A stretch of 41,806 nt of DNA from Bugula neritina. Lineage: Eukaryota > Animalia > Bryozoa. Shown here in pieces: positions 1 to 12,700 of this stretch; position 1 is the first letter of the stretch; every line of letters starts with the position of its first letter. The notes under the pieces were generated by a model that was not told the DNA's origin, searched no databases, and worked only from the letters and a program-made list of their open reading frames with translations. The DNA lies in contig CAXIUT010000032.1 in the NCBI GenBank assembly GCA_964035545.1, positions 32,694-74,499 of the forward strand, given 5' to 3'. The translations under genes and the position numbers were made by a program.

Positions 1-1
1 A

Positions 2-73
2 GATGGTAAGCTGTTTTCAGCCTGTGAAGATGGATTTGTTCGAGTATTTGACCTCCAAAAGATCAACTTGTGA
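2..73 (+). CDS. 3' end of a WD40-repeat protein (partial, runs off window start)
   Basis: Frame 2 reads DGKLFSACEDGFVRVFDLQKINL then TGA, a typical terminal WD40 blade (LFSAxxDGxVRVFD). Confidence 0.7.
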   Translation, partial: DGKLFSACEDGFVRVFDLQKINL

Positions 74-347
74 TTTATTTAACTTATTATCGACTTATCT
101 TACTTACTCTAAATACATTATCTTTTTTATTCTTTATTATTTTAAGATAAGTGACTTTTTGAATTATTTTGACATATTTTCATTTATTCAAATATATTCG
201 AAACATTAAATAACAATTTCACCCATAAAAAAGAAAAATAGTATTACTTTTGATTGATCGATATATCATAGAAATATCATTCAGAGAAGTTCAATGAAAC
301 AAGAATCTTTTTCAACAAATTCTTGTTGCCTAAAATATCTAATACTT

Positions 348-960
348 ATGGATTACTTATCTTTGTCCCCTTTATCTCACATTCAGAACATTCTTTCTCG
401 ACTTTCTACGCAGCCGCATCTTAAACCACCTACTCAACCATTTGCTCTTGAATCATCTCAATCCAATCATTCTTTTTTTAACTTAGTTTTAACTCTTCAG
501 AACTTTACTTCCGACCCATTGGATATTAATATATCTTTTTAGCCTTTTAGTATTTATCAAATAGAACTTTTGGGTCGTTATAAGGAGAAGTCAAACTAAG
601 ATTTTTTCTAAGATCTTGTTTTTTGAACCAGTAATTACAATGAAATACAAGTTCTTCATATTACTATCTATCAGGCAATAGACTTTATCTTCTACAAAAT
701 CTGATATTTTTACTAGAAAAGAGTCTCATAACTTCTATCATATCATGATAGTGTTTGAAGTAGACAAAGAACCTTCTTTTTGAATTAACGAAATAGAACT
801 GTATTCCTTGAGGAATCATTTTGAGAGACTGCCTTAACTACAAAACTAGGCAGTTCAAAAGGTTAACATGAGGAGGCATACGCAATATTTATATTAATAT
901 TATATCAAATTTATGTACAGTCTAATCTCATATTCATTCAACCTCAATAAGTGTGAGATG
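348..960 (+). CDS. Hypothetical protein, weakly TRAPPC13-like; frame disrupted by apparent indels, boundaries uncertain
   Basis: MDYLSLSPLSHIQNILSRL... is open with TAR=Glu to ~625. Other frames continue with segments such as RTVFLE and TQYLY, reminiscent of TRAPPC13. At least one frame change is needed. Confidence 0.3.
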
Positions 961-1140
961 GTGAAATATCAAAAGGATAATATAATAAAAATGAGATATC
1001 AAAGGATAATAAAATAAAAATGAGATATCAAAGGATAAATATAATAAATATGAGATATCAAAGGATAATATAATCAATATGAGATATCAAAGGATAATAT
1101 AATAAATATGAGATATCAAAGGATAATAAAATAAAAATAG
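961..1140. repeat. Tandem minisatellite, ~6 copies of ~29-nt unit ATGAGATATCAAAGGATAATATAATAAAT
   Basis: Directly visible head-to-tail repeats with no spacers, between convergent ORFs. Confidence 0.9.
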
Positions 1141-1152
1141 ACTAGATAATAA

Positions 1153-2087
1153 TCATAAAGATGGAAATTTCAATACAACTAGTTGTTTGATTTATTTGAG
1201 CCATTGATTGATATTTTAATCTAATTAGTTTTTTTTCTACTCCTGCTACTTTCATACTAGTAGCCACTTCAATGACTCGAACGACAAAGGTTTCCTTTAT
1301 TATTAAACTAACAACAAACTTTTACCACTTAGTAATATATTTACCAAATAGATGTACAAACATGGCAGATATAACATACAAAAGGACCCAAAAGGTTCCC
1401 TCTCCATTTCTATCCTCGCAATCAAGCATATTATTCTCCAACTGGTGTAGAGTTCTGACAGTAGGAGTCAGCATTTGTCTGAGAGTAGGTTTATAGAGAT
1501 AGCTTCCCATCAAAGATGGATATAATACGATTGTCTTAGCTATTAGGTTACCTTTTGATGCTGCTGATAAATTAACAGCTAGTTTTTATGATGTCTAATT
1601 GATAACTTATGGTATGATGTCATGCAAGTGTTTAGTCAAACTATAATAAAACCTCTACAACTGTCTTGAATCTTTAAAAACTATTTATTATCAGTATTTC
1701 GTAGTGAAATTCCATTCTTTTATAACTAATTTCTGGCCAACTCAACCTTCTGCAACACCCTATTATATTTTTACGAATAAGCTTATTAATACAATTGGTC
1801 AAAACAGGATCAAGAGTTTTGATTATATCCTTTCTTTTAGCAAATAGCTTCTTGCGTAGAGAGGCAGCCAAAGGACAACTCTCCGGTAAGTCACAATATG
1901 TATTTTGTGGGAGATCTACTTACTAATTATCACCTTTATTCATAAATTAGAGTTTATCATTATAGAAATTATAAAAGCTAGGCTCAAAATATGAGTAAAA
2001 AAGGTTATTCTCAGTATAAAAGTACTCGAGACTCACTATGACCTTTAAAATCATTATTTTTAACAGTGTTTTTACACCTAATACCAT
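1153..2087 (-). CDS. Hypothetical helical protein with two probable single-base indels
   Basis: ORF-track pieces 1947-2141 and 1674-1871 join via TAR=Glu. A second frame (includes 1322-1513) is open ~150 codons. The most protein-like end is ...QWLKEIKQLVVLKFPSL-TGA(T) at 1153. Confidence 0.45.
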
Positions 2088-2185
2088 CGTGAAGAGTCCC
2101 TTTCTTCCATTAAAACAAATTTTAAAATCAATTAATTTCAAAGATGATTCTACTTTAATATTTTCATTTTGAATAATATTAATAA

Positions 2186-3084
2186 ATGATATTGCTGATA
2201 TTTTTGTGGTTAGTTCCCTGTCATTTTCAAAAATCTTTTCTTCTCACTTCTTCTGTCGGTTACTATAACTATCGACAACTTTCTAATGCCTTTGAAGTCT
2301 ACCAAAAACTCAAATAATATCACTATGAAGACCATAATATTCTTTTATTCTTTCCTTAAAACGTAGCCTGCTGCTAAAAAAACGCTCTTCAAGGGTCTGT
2401 CTCATTCAGAGATAACGACTACACCAACATCAATCGCAATCTTTAAGGAGACTATGCATATCATACCTTCAATAGTCAAAGTGCAGCCTAAACCATGACC
2501 TTCAAGTATTCACATAGACTTCTTAACAACAAAAAACTGACCTTCGATAACCAACCTTACTTTCTCTATCTAACTGGTCATGGTGGTGACTTTTACTTCA
2601 AAATAAGATAGAGGTAGGCTTTAGTCGCTCAAAATTTTTAACATCTTTTCCATGACCTTTCCTATCGTAAACCTAAAATGGCCACATTTATTTTGGTTGA
2701 TTCCTGTTCAGCTATAACTCCCTACTAGGGAGTAGAAGAAGAGAACGTGATAATTTAGCAAGTTCATCAGTTAGATAATAATCACTATCGAAAGGGTATG
2801 ATAAGGTTTTGAACGGTCCAAAATCAGATTAATTTACATTTTACCTTTCTTAATTTTTATAAAACAACAATCCCTTGAAAACAAACACCACTATAAGAAG
2901 TTATACGACTATCTAGATTACAATAAACTAAAAGTCCATGCTAAAATAATTACCAAAAACAAAAAAAAACAAAAAAAGACTCCTAAAAGAATTCATCACC
3001 TCAAAAATAAACATAAAAACCCTCTAGCCAACTCTAACAGCACCAGATTCCTTTGCTAAATATATCTTTTCAACTGACGAATGA
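2186..3084 (+). CDS. GPI8: GPI transamidase catalytic subunit (GPI8/PIG-K, peptidase C13); apparent frameshifts near 2755 and ~2895-2970
   Basis: Signal peptide, YYNYRQLSNA (cf. NYRH), catalytic-His motif YLTGHGG, catalytic-Cys motif VDSCSA. LASSSVREESLS and DEFTFYLSEFLE follow after a -1 shift in a T-run. Confidence 0.85.
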
Positions 3085-3141
3085 TATTTTATATCAACTA
3101 TCATATCATATTGGTATCAAAATTATATATATTTTATTTTA

Positions 3142-3411
3142 ATGCAAAAGATATTTTCATTGACTATCTTCATCGTCCTTTTCCTCTTGGCTGTCAGTAT
3201 TTAATCTAGAAAGCAAAGTATAAATCGAAGAAGTTAAAGCAAAATATAGAATTAATTAAATATTTCAATATGGAGTTGTTTTTGGTGGCTATTTATTAAC
3301 TTTATTACTCTATTAGGATTCTTTAGCTGGTTCCTATGCTGTGCTGTCCCTTGTACCTTCAAAATAGCACTTTTCTTTAACAATCACATCTACAGAAAGT
3401 TCATCAACTGA
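3142..3411 (+). CDS. Small secreted/membrane protein (89 aa)
   Basis: MQKIFSLTIFIVLFLLAVSIE signal peptide, basic linker, Trp/Cys-rich hydrophobic C-terminal half; single open frame to TGA(T). Confidence 0.6.
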
Positions 3412-3506
3412 TCTATAAACAATCAATCTATGTTATTCGTCTATTATTTTATATAAAACTATTTAAAACACCTATTTAGGAATAGAATCAAACAATATAT
3501 TAATTA

Positions 3507-3646
3507 TAGCTTATATTAGTGAAACTTACTTAGTAGTAGCTTATATTAGTGAAACTTACTTAATTGTAGTTAATATTAGTAAAATTTACTAAGTAGTAGC
3601 TTATATTAGTGAAACTTACTTAGTAGTCGCTTATATTAGTGAAACG
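3507..3646. repeat. Tandem minisatellite, ~4.6 copies of 30-nt unit AGCTTATATTAGTGAAACTTACTTAGTAGT
   Basis: Directly visible; ends ~57 nt upstream of the dynein ATG. Confidence 0.9.
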
Positions 3647-3702
3647 TAATTAATTTAAATATAAGTTTGCGACATAGATTGTATCTTCATTATTTAAATT
3701 GA

Positions 3703-6700
3703 ATGCAGGAACAAAAAAGCTACATCCTCCACAACATCAAAACACTCCTTCATCTCGATTAACCTCCCTATGAACTAGTAGAATCTCAAGCCATAGACAA
3801 GTTCATCACCTCAGACACTGACTCTTTAATCATCAACTCTCTACCCACCAAATAGTTCAAAGTACTAGCTCCCAACTCCAATCCGACTGAAGGCACTCTG
3901 CTACAAATAAGCAAATTCAAAGGAGATGGATCTATAAGAGACTTTTATAACTTCAGCATCAGACCAGTCGAAGGTTTCAGACAACTTGCCAAACAGATAA
4001 TGCATCTATATGAGCCAGTAGCCAATAGAACAAAACATCCATCTTTGATGCAAGTTAAAGAACTTAAAGCTGTTTTGGAAAGTTCTTTCAAAAGAAAGTT
4101 TACAGGATAAAGTGATCTTAGCTTTACTACTTTTTAAGAATAAATGGATTTTTGGCAATAAATAGATATGGAAAGTCCGACTCCTAGAGTCTCATTCTTC
4201 CTCAAGTAATATGCTACTATCAGCAAAAGTTGGAAAAATTCTAAAGGAGGAGTTGAACTAGGTCGTCTAGGAACTCTCATCGAAACCACCTGGGCAGTCC
4301 TCTTCAATATCTGGTAAAGTCCACACTAATACAACAGCAAACGCTTTTCTCATTTGGTAGAAGTATTTGAAAGCTAGGTGAAAACAAGTATAAGACTATC
4401 ATTTGCTAAAGAAAGTGACCTACAATAACCAACTTTCGATATCAGACAAATGATAATCGAGGCAATTCAATGTTGTAGTAACTTTTTATCCCTTTTGAAA
4501 GAACATAGTGAAAGGTCAAGAAGGAAGTTACCTGTAATAAAAGTGAAGATAATATAGGAATTAAAGGATAAGATAATGGGAACTTATAGGACTAAAAGCA
4601 AAGTATAGTTTTTGTTGAGATTGTTCAATCAAAATATGATAACATAAGATCCAGTAAGTTTAATGTTTTTAGTAAAGGCATAAAATTTTATGTCTAGTTT
4701 TGTGAGTCAATTCAAAAACAATCCTAAAGCAGTCGCTAAATTATAAAAATAAAAATAAAAATTATCAACCTTAACAGCTGCAGCCTTACCTGTCTTTGAA
4801 TAATAACTTAAGTCTGTCATCGATAGAACCAGTCTGCAATACCTATTTAAATTACTATAAAAATGGTTTTACTTTTTGGCTTAACCTCAATTTGCATAGC
4901 ATACAGTCTAATACCAAGACACTGCCTTGAAGAAATCAATAGAATATTTATAAAAATATTATCAAGATAAAAGTAAAGGATAAGGTAATGAACCAACAAA
5001 GTTAAGTCAATTGTTAATAATATATAAAAAGATGCAATAGATCGATAATCTTATGAACGAATTCGGTCAAAATTCAACTGCAATGCCAACTTATAAAAAA
5101 AGATACGATAAATTATTATAAACATTAAAACACAATCAAAATACTCTCATAAAAGGATTCACGTCAAGGTACTAAAACAGTCTCACAGGTAAAGAAGGTA
5201 CTTCAATAGTAGGCAGACAAATAGCTTTATCAATATCAGAGAAAGGAATGATTTTTAGTTGGAGTAGATAGAGTGATATATTTATTTAGGAGGTATAATA
5301 GATGATGTAGCTTGGTTTTACTGGTCAGTTGGGAGATAGATTAATGAAGGGATGGTAGTAATCGAAGCAATATCATAAATAGAATAGTTACATCAGTAGT
5401 ATTTAGTCGAGATATAATTGGCTATAGAGTCAATTACAATTTTTTCAAAAGCATATGCTACAAAAAGAACTAAAGTAGGTCAGATAAGTAGTTTAACATC
5501 CTAAGATAACAAAGAAACTAAATGATTCACGCTATGAATGGAAATCTTTATAAGAAGCTAGTTAATATGGTACTATCTTGAATACAGTTGTGGATAAAAT
5601 GACTAACTATTTGAAATTATTCAATACTAGTTAGCTTTAAATATAATAGCTATCAATGTAGTTGCTAAATATAGACTTCAATCCCAATAACTTTTTTATT
5701 ATCTCACAAAAACTAGACCAAATATCAAAAATAATGGACATTGCCAGTATAAATAGAGATAGTCAACTTTGGAAAGACTACTGGTATAAAAAAATGACAG
5801 ATGTTATATAACTACAGTGGCAATAAACGCTAATCAAAGGAATAGATCTACCAATGACAGTCCATACTGTCTTATCTGGTAAAAAATGTACTTATGATCC
5901 TGATCTAAACTAACTAAAATAAAAGTATTTCAAATAGCTCAAACACTACCTAGGATGGCCTCTAGAACAAAAAGGACTCAACGGAGATCATCTCCTCGAG
6001 AATAGTGCAGAACTTATTACATAAATCTACAACAAAACTTAAAAACTATTTGACTTATTAGAATAAAGACTAAATAAATATGTTTCTTTCGAAAAAACAA
6101 TTATAATAGATTTAGATGCATTATAGTAGAAATTAGGCAGAGATGAAGGATAGTAGCTACTAGGAAAATTACTAACTTAACTAAAAGAATGTAAAAACCA
6201 GGCATAGTCAATCCAATAATAATAAAAAATAAGAAGTATATCAATTGATAACAATGGTCTCAAGGAAGGTCTCTGCTAAATATTAAATCAAATGATTTAA
6301 AATGTTATTGGACTTATCAAGTATTCCATTAAATTAGAAAGCTAACAAGTTTAGGAGTATATTGGCAGTGTCATGTCCAAACTATAAAGCAAACCTAATA
6401 ACATGGAATAGCTTGGGTAGGTTATTCAATAGTTCGATAAAATCAGACTCAACTAAAAATAAATATTGAACAAAATAAGTAAAATATAACAAAAAAATAG
6501 TAGCATCAGATCTGTGACAGGAACTGGATTCAATACTGTTAATATGCTAAAAAGATGGGATAACCTACAAATAGCCTCATTATAAATGGGCAATATACTC
6601 GAAGATCAAAGAGGCCGACTCCAACAATAAACCATCCGCAAAAGCTAAGCTCTAGAACATTAAGCCTCTAAAGTCTACAAAAAGTTCTAACATATCAAGC

Positions 6701-9700
6701 CCAGCAATGAACAACTCACAAGAGACCATGTTATGGAACTATATGGAAGAATCAAAGATTGGCAAACATAATGGAAAGAAGTCTAAGAAAAATATATAAA
6801 TATAGAAAAAGACATCAAACATTTCAACATGGAAATGCCTTCCTTCAAAGGATACCTCACTGTCAAAAGAAAACTAGATAACTAACTTGGTAACTGGATC
6901 TTCTTCATGGAGTATCGAGCAGAAGTATAGAAGTTCTAACCAGAAGAATGGATCACTTTCAGAGGAAGTCTCAACCGCTATTCAGATCTAGTTGGAGACT
7001 ATCATGCCAAATCCAAGTAACTTTCCACTTCTGATCCAATAGCCAAACTGATTAGATAGGTTCTAGAGGATAATAAAACATAAATCATTCTCCTTAGATC
7101 TCTTACAGGATAAAACTTTGAAAAATAACACTGGGGAATGCTCTTTTCCATCCTCAAAATTAAACATGTATCCTCTAGCGACAAGCTTACCTTTGGAGAT
7201 CTCATCAACTCGGATCTCATGTCTAAAGGAGACTAAATCAGATAGCTTGAGGCCAGAGCAAGAGGAGAGATGAACATCAGAATGGCAGTTGATGACCTTT
7301 AAGCCTGGTGTATCACTCGATAGTTCTAGCTAAGCGAGTACAACTCCATGGGAAGAGTAACAGCTTTAATAAAGTAATGGAAAGATGTTATGACAGAAGT
7401 ATCTGACCATCAGGCACTTGTAGCTTCAGTGAAATAGAACAGATATGCAACTAGATTTAAAGAGTAAATCGAGAAATATGAGGGTAAATTCAGTATTCTG
7501 GAGGGGTCACTTGTAAAGTTAAATCAGATTCAAAGGAAGTGGATATATTTGTAGCCAATATTTATGAGAGGAGCTTTACCATAAGAGCAAGGAAGATGGC
7601 GGAGATTAGATGAAGACTATAGGAACATAATGAATGGAATAGATATGAACCATCATGTGAGTGAACTTGCTAATATAGCTGGTTTTATAGATAGTCTAAC
7701 CAACATCATGGCTCATCTTTAAAGATGCCAAAAAGCTTTAAATGACTACCTCTAAGAAAAGAGAAACAAATTTCCAAGATTTTACTTTTTAGGTGATGAT
7801 GACATGTTATAAATTCTAGGACAATCACAAAATCCAGCCATCATTCAACTACATCTAAAGAAATTATTTTCTGGTATTCATACAGTCAAGTTTTCTGAAC
7901 AACAAGATAGAATATTAGCCATGAAGTCACATTTAAAAGAATAAGTACCTCTAACTCAAGAGATATAAGTCAGCGAAGTAGTCTAGAATTGGTTGGACTA
8001 GCTAAACAAAATGATGGTTGTTACATTGAAGTAGTCAACCCAGTCAGTTAAAAAACAAAAAATATAAAATTGCTTCTAAAATTATAGTTCACAAGTCATA
8101 TGTTTACTAAATTAACTCAACTTCAATGCTAAAACAGCGACAGCTATTCCCAGTGGTCGCTCTAATCTATAATCTCTCAAAAAGATACCCAATCTCTCTT
8201 ATCTTCTTTAACCAAACTTTGCCATGAGAATAAAGATTAACTTATTCTGGCCAAAATAAAATCTCTCATTCTTGATGTCATTCACCAAGTGTCAGTCCTA
8301 GATGCCTTGATTAATAGCAATATTAAAAGTACTAAAGAATGGATCTGGCATAAACAACTTAAAATCGTATAGTAAAATAGTAGTGTTAAACTACATATGG
8401 CCAACTCAGCCTTCAACTATACCTTCTAATATCAAGGAAATGCACAAAAACTTGTCTATACTCCTCTCACTGATAAGTGCTATCTCACTCTCACTCAAGC
8501 CATGTACATGGGTCTCGGTGGTAATCCCTATGGTCCAGCAGGAACAGGAAAAACAGAGTCAGTAAAAGCACTAGCTCTAGCTTTTGGCAGACAAGTACTT
8601 GTTTTCAATTGCGATGAAGGATTAGATTTCCAGTCAATGGGCAGAATTTTTATAGGATTAGTTAAATGTGGAGCATGGGGCTGTTTTGATGAGTTTAATA
8701 GACTGCTAGAGTAACAACTATCAGCTATCAGTCAACAAATTCAAATAATTCAAGAAGCAATCAAAGCCAAGTAAGAAGTAATAAATTTACTGGGCAAAAG
8801 AGTGGAAGTAAACTTCAATTCAGGTATATTTGTCACTTTGAACCCAGCAGGCAAAGGATATGGAGGTAGATCAAAACTACCAGACAACTTAAAACAATTA
8901 TTTAGACCTGTCGCCATGTCAATCCCAGATAATTAACTTATCGCAGAAGTACTTCTTTTTGCTGAAGGATTTAACACAGCCAAAATTTTAGCTCAAAAAA
9001 TAATAACCATTTTCACTTTATCAAAACAACTTCTATCAAGACAACTGCACTATGATTGGGGACTAAGGGCTCTTAAGACCATTTTGACAGTTGCAGGAAG
9101 ACTAGTGTTCTAGTAGAAATAAAATATCAATGAATCGATTGAAAGTTAAATCTTGATAAAAGCTCTAAGAATTAACACGATAAGTAAATTAACTTTTACA
9201 GATATGCTTAAATTTAATGTATTAGTATAAGATGTTTTTCCAGGCATTAATATCAAAGATATCGTTTATCAAAAAATAACTGAAGCTGTAGGATAAGTCT
9301 TCAAATAATAAAAATTTTAAATGCTATCTAATCAACTCAATAAAATCCTTCAATTCTATGAAGCCACGAAGCAAAGAATCGGAGCTGTATTGGTTGGTCC
9401 TTCAGGATGCGGAAAGACAACTATATGGAGAAGTCTTAAGAAAGCTTATGATAAGTTAGGACAGCAGGTAAAAGTCCATGTAATAAATCCAAAAGCAATG
9501 CCCAGGTCATCATTTTTAGGACACATGAACAACGACACACGTTAATTTGCTGAAGGGGTACTGACAGTATCAGCCCGTGATGTAGTAAAATAAGATTCTG
9601 ACGTACTAAACTGGATAATATGCGATGGAGATGTTGATCCTGAGTGGATTTAAGCTCTTAACAGTGTACTAGATGACAACCACTTGTTAACTTTACCTAC

Positions 9701-12700
9701 AGGTTAGCGTATATCGTTTGGATCTAATGTGAACTTTATATTTTAGACTGATAACCTTCAATTTGCATCACCAGCTACAGTCTCAAGAATGGGAATGATC
9801 TTCATGAACGATGAAGATATCAACATCAATAGTATAATAAAGAAATGGACTAAAAAATTAAATAAAGAACAAATGTTTATTTAGTAACAGGTAGGATTCA
9901 TAGAATAGATATGTAGCAAGATATGGAAATATAATTAAAAACAAATAGTATCAACAACTAAAGTAGGATTAGTTAGAAGTGCACTATCTCTACTTCATGA
10001 TGTTAAAAATTAACAATAATTCAAATTAAACCTAGTCAAAGGATTATCCTCTAATTTCGATCATTAAATCAGAGGCATTGTCTTCGAGACTGTCTTTAAT
10101 AAACCTATTCCAGGAGGCAGAGATCCTCTCTCTCTAAGAATCAATAATGCCAAGCTAACTGACTTCAAAGACTAGTAAACTACTGAAGTACAAAAAATAT
10201 ACATGACAAAATAACTAAAAAAAGATGTTGAAGTAGTAAAGGGATGGATCAAAGGAGGTAGTAACCTGATAATAGTTGGTCGATAAGGTTGTGGTAAATC
10301 TCTACTCCTCGAAGCCAGTGTGCAACAAATTTAAGAGACATAAAAATGCAAAGTAATAACAATTCATTGTAACAGAGAGACCAAAGCAAAAGTATTAATT
10401 CAAAAGTTATATCAAAGCTGTCATAGAGCCACTTCAGCAACAGGAAAGATCCTTAAACCTCTCAACTGCAGCAAACAAATATTCGTTCTTAAATAGATCA
10501 ACCTGGCCAGACCAGATAAATACAATACCATTGAACTGATCACCTTTTTGCAATCGATTATTTCACATGAAGGGTTCTACGATCACAACCTTTAGTTTGT
10601 GAGAATCGGCGATGGTATTCAATTTGTTTGCATAATGAAGCCATCAAGTACGATAGGTAGATTTTAGATAACAACGAGATTTGTAAGTAATTTGAGAGTA
10701 TTATCAGTTGATTATAACTCAGTAGGTGTACAACAAAAACTTGACCTTCTTACTCCTCATGCTGATATAGTTAACAATAAACTAAATCAATTCTGGGATT
10801 GTCTTCAATAAAATTTCAAACCAGATGATAACGCTCACTATCTCTTCAGTCCTAGAAATTTAAATGCCATCGTAGATAGTCTATAAAAATATCAAATTAA
10901 TCTCAAAAGTGCTTAAGAAGTAATATCAGCCATAAGAAACGAAGCAGTTAAACAGTTCTAGGATCGACTGGTGAATAACTAAGCCAAAAAATAATTTACT
11001 AAATTAATTAGACCCATCTTTGGCAACCAAAAAGATATCATTTATACCATATAAGATAATAAACTTAAAGCCATCTCCAGACAATAATATAAATAAATAC
11101 TAATTAAAACTATCAAATCATATTAAAGTTAAATAAGAGATGTTAATTTGATACTAGTTGAAGAAGTTGTCGATTTGTTTTCTTCTCTTTAAAGAAAGTT
11201 TATAGAAGGGGGTGCCATGTTGATGGCAGGCGTCTCAGGTAATCTTAGAAAAACTGCACTAAGAATAGCTGCTTTCAAAAACAAACTGCCCATCTACACC
11301 CTCTCTAATGCCAGAAACCTGTCTCTTAAAGATTTTTATAAAGATCTCAAAGCAGCTCTTTAAGTAGCAGGAGGACAAAATAAACAAATAGTTTTATTCC
11401 TTGAAGAACATCAGCTTGGTCGTAGCTAGTTTTATTAAAAGATAAACTCTCTGATAAGTGCAGGATAAGTTGAAGGTTTATTTAATAGTGATGAGATCTA
11501 AGGAGTCACTCAAGATATATAAGTACTTAGGACATAATGTATGGGCAAAACTTTGTATGAAGCCTTTATTTAAAGAATAAAAAAGAATGTAGTAATAGTT
11601 TTAAGTATGGACCACAGAAATAAGCAATTTTATTAGATATGTTCCTCAAATCCAGCTTTTTACTCAACCTGCAGAATAATATGGATGAATTGCTATTCGA
11701 AATAATCTATGAGTAAAATATTTTAGTAGAGAACTAAACACCTCAACGTTAAATAAATAAAATAATTAAACCAGGCAATTGTGACAATTCATGAGGGAAG
11801 TTCTTATACCTATAGCAAATTAATAAACAATTTTTTAAGTGTATTTTAAAAGACACAATCAAAAAGTGGCAATAAATTAGATAAATTAACTATGGGTCTT
11901 AAAAAATTAGTATAAACAGCAAAAACTGTTGATACTTTAACTGCCTAAGCAATGAGTAAAAAGAAATTATTAACTGTCAAACAAAAATAAGCAGATTAAT
12001 CTCTCAACTATATCACTGATGCAATGCAAGAAGCATCTGCCAGTAAAGCTGAAGCATAAAAACTACAAGTTTATTTATAAGTTTAAGAAAAAAAAATATC
12101 AAAAGATAGAAAAATAGTCATGACCTAATTATAAAAAGTACTACCTCTAATTGAAGAAGCTAAAGAAGCTGTTAATGGTCTACAATCAAGAAATATCCAA
12201 CAAATAAGGTCATTTATGAATCCACCAGAAGCAGTCAGATATGTACTCAAAGCAGTCTTAGCTTTATTCGGTAATAAAGATGATAGTTGGAACTCTATGA
12301 AAAACTTTTTGAAAGTATGCAAAGATCAAATCCTTATTTTTGATATCAAATCTGTCTCAGAAAAAATAAGAAGAGAAGTTTAAAGTATTATTAGCTAACA
12401 TGCTTTCTTTTTCCAAAGATAAAATGTTTTCAAAGCTTCCCAAGATGCTGTCCCTCTTGCTGATTGGGTCAAAGCTGCCATCTAGTACAGTAAAACCTAT
12501 GAAAAAGTAAGACCTTTAGAGGAAAATTTAACTAAAATATAAAAAGAATTAGCTAGATCTAAAATAAGATATGAATAATGTGCTACAAAAGTGAATGAAT
12601 CTTAACAAAAGATAAGAGTTTTGAATGAGAACTTTGTCAAGAAGACCAACTAAGCTTAAATACTAAAATAATAGCTAAAGAAGGCAGAAATAGCTATGTC

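Noticed and set aside
781-783. In-frame TGA-A as evidence of readthrough
   Set aside because: The surrounding gene has ambiguous frames and apparent indels, so the true frame cannot be fixed.
961-1140. CRISPR-like appearance of ~29-30-nt repeats (also 3507-3646)
   Set aside because: Head-to-tail with no unique spacers, no cas genes, eukaryotic context.
8153-8184. 29-32-nt intron explaining the first dynein frameshift
   Set aside because: Donors GTGGT/GTCGC and the length do not match the GTA, 20-23-nt norm, and removal deletes residues that fit the dynein-2 helix.
7500-9800. Standard ciliate code (TAR=Gln) or split TAA/TAG meanings
   Set aside because: Both codons align to invariant Glu in several independent motifs, and conserved Gln positions use CAA/CAG.
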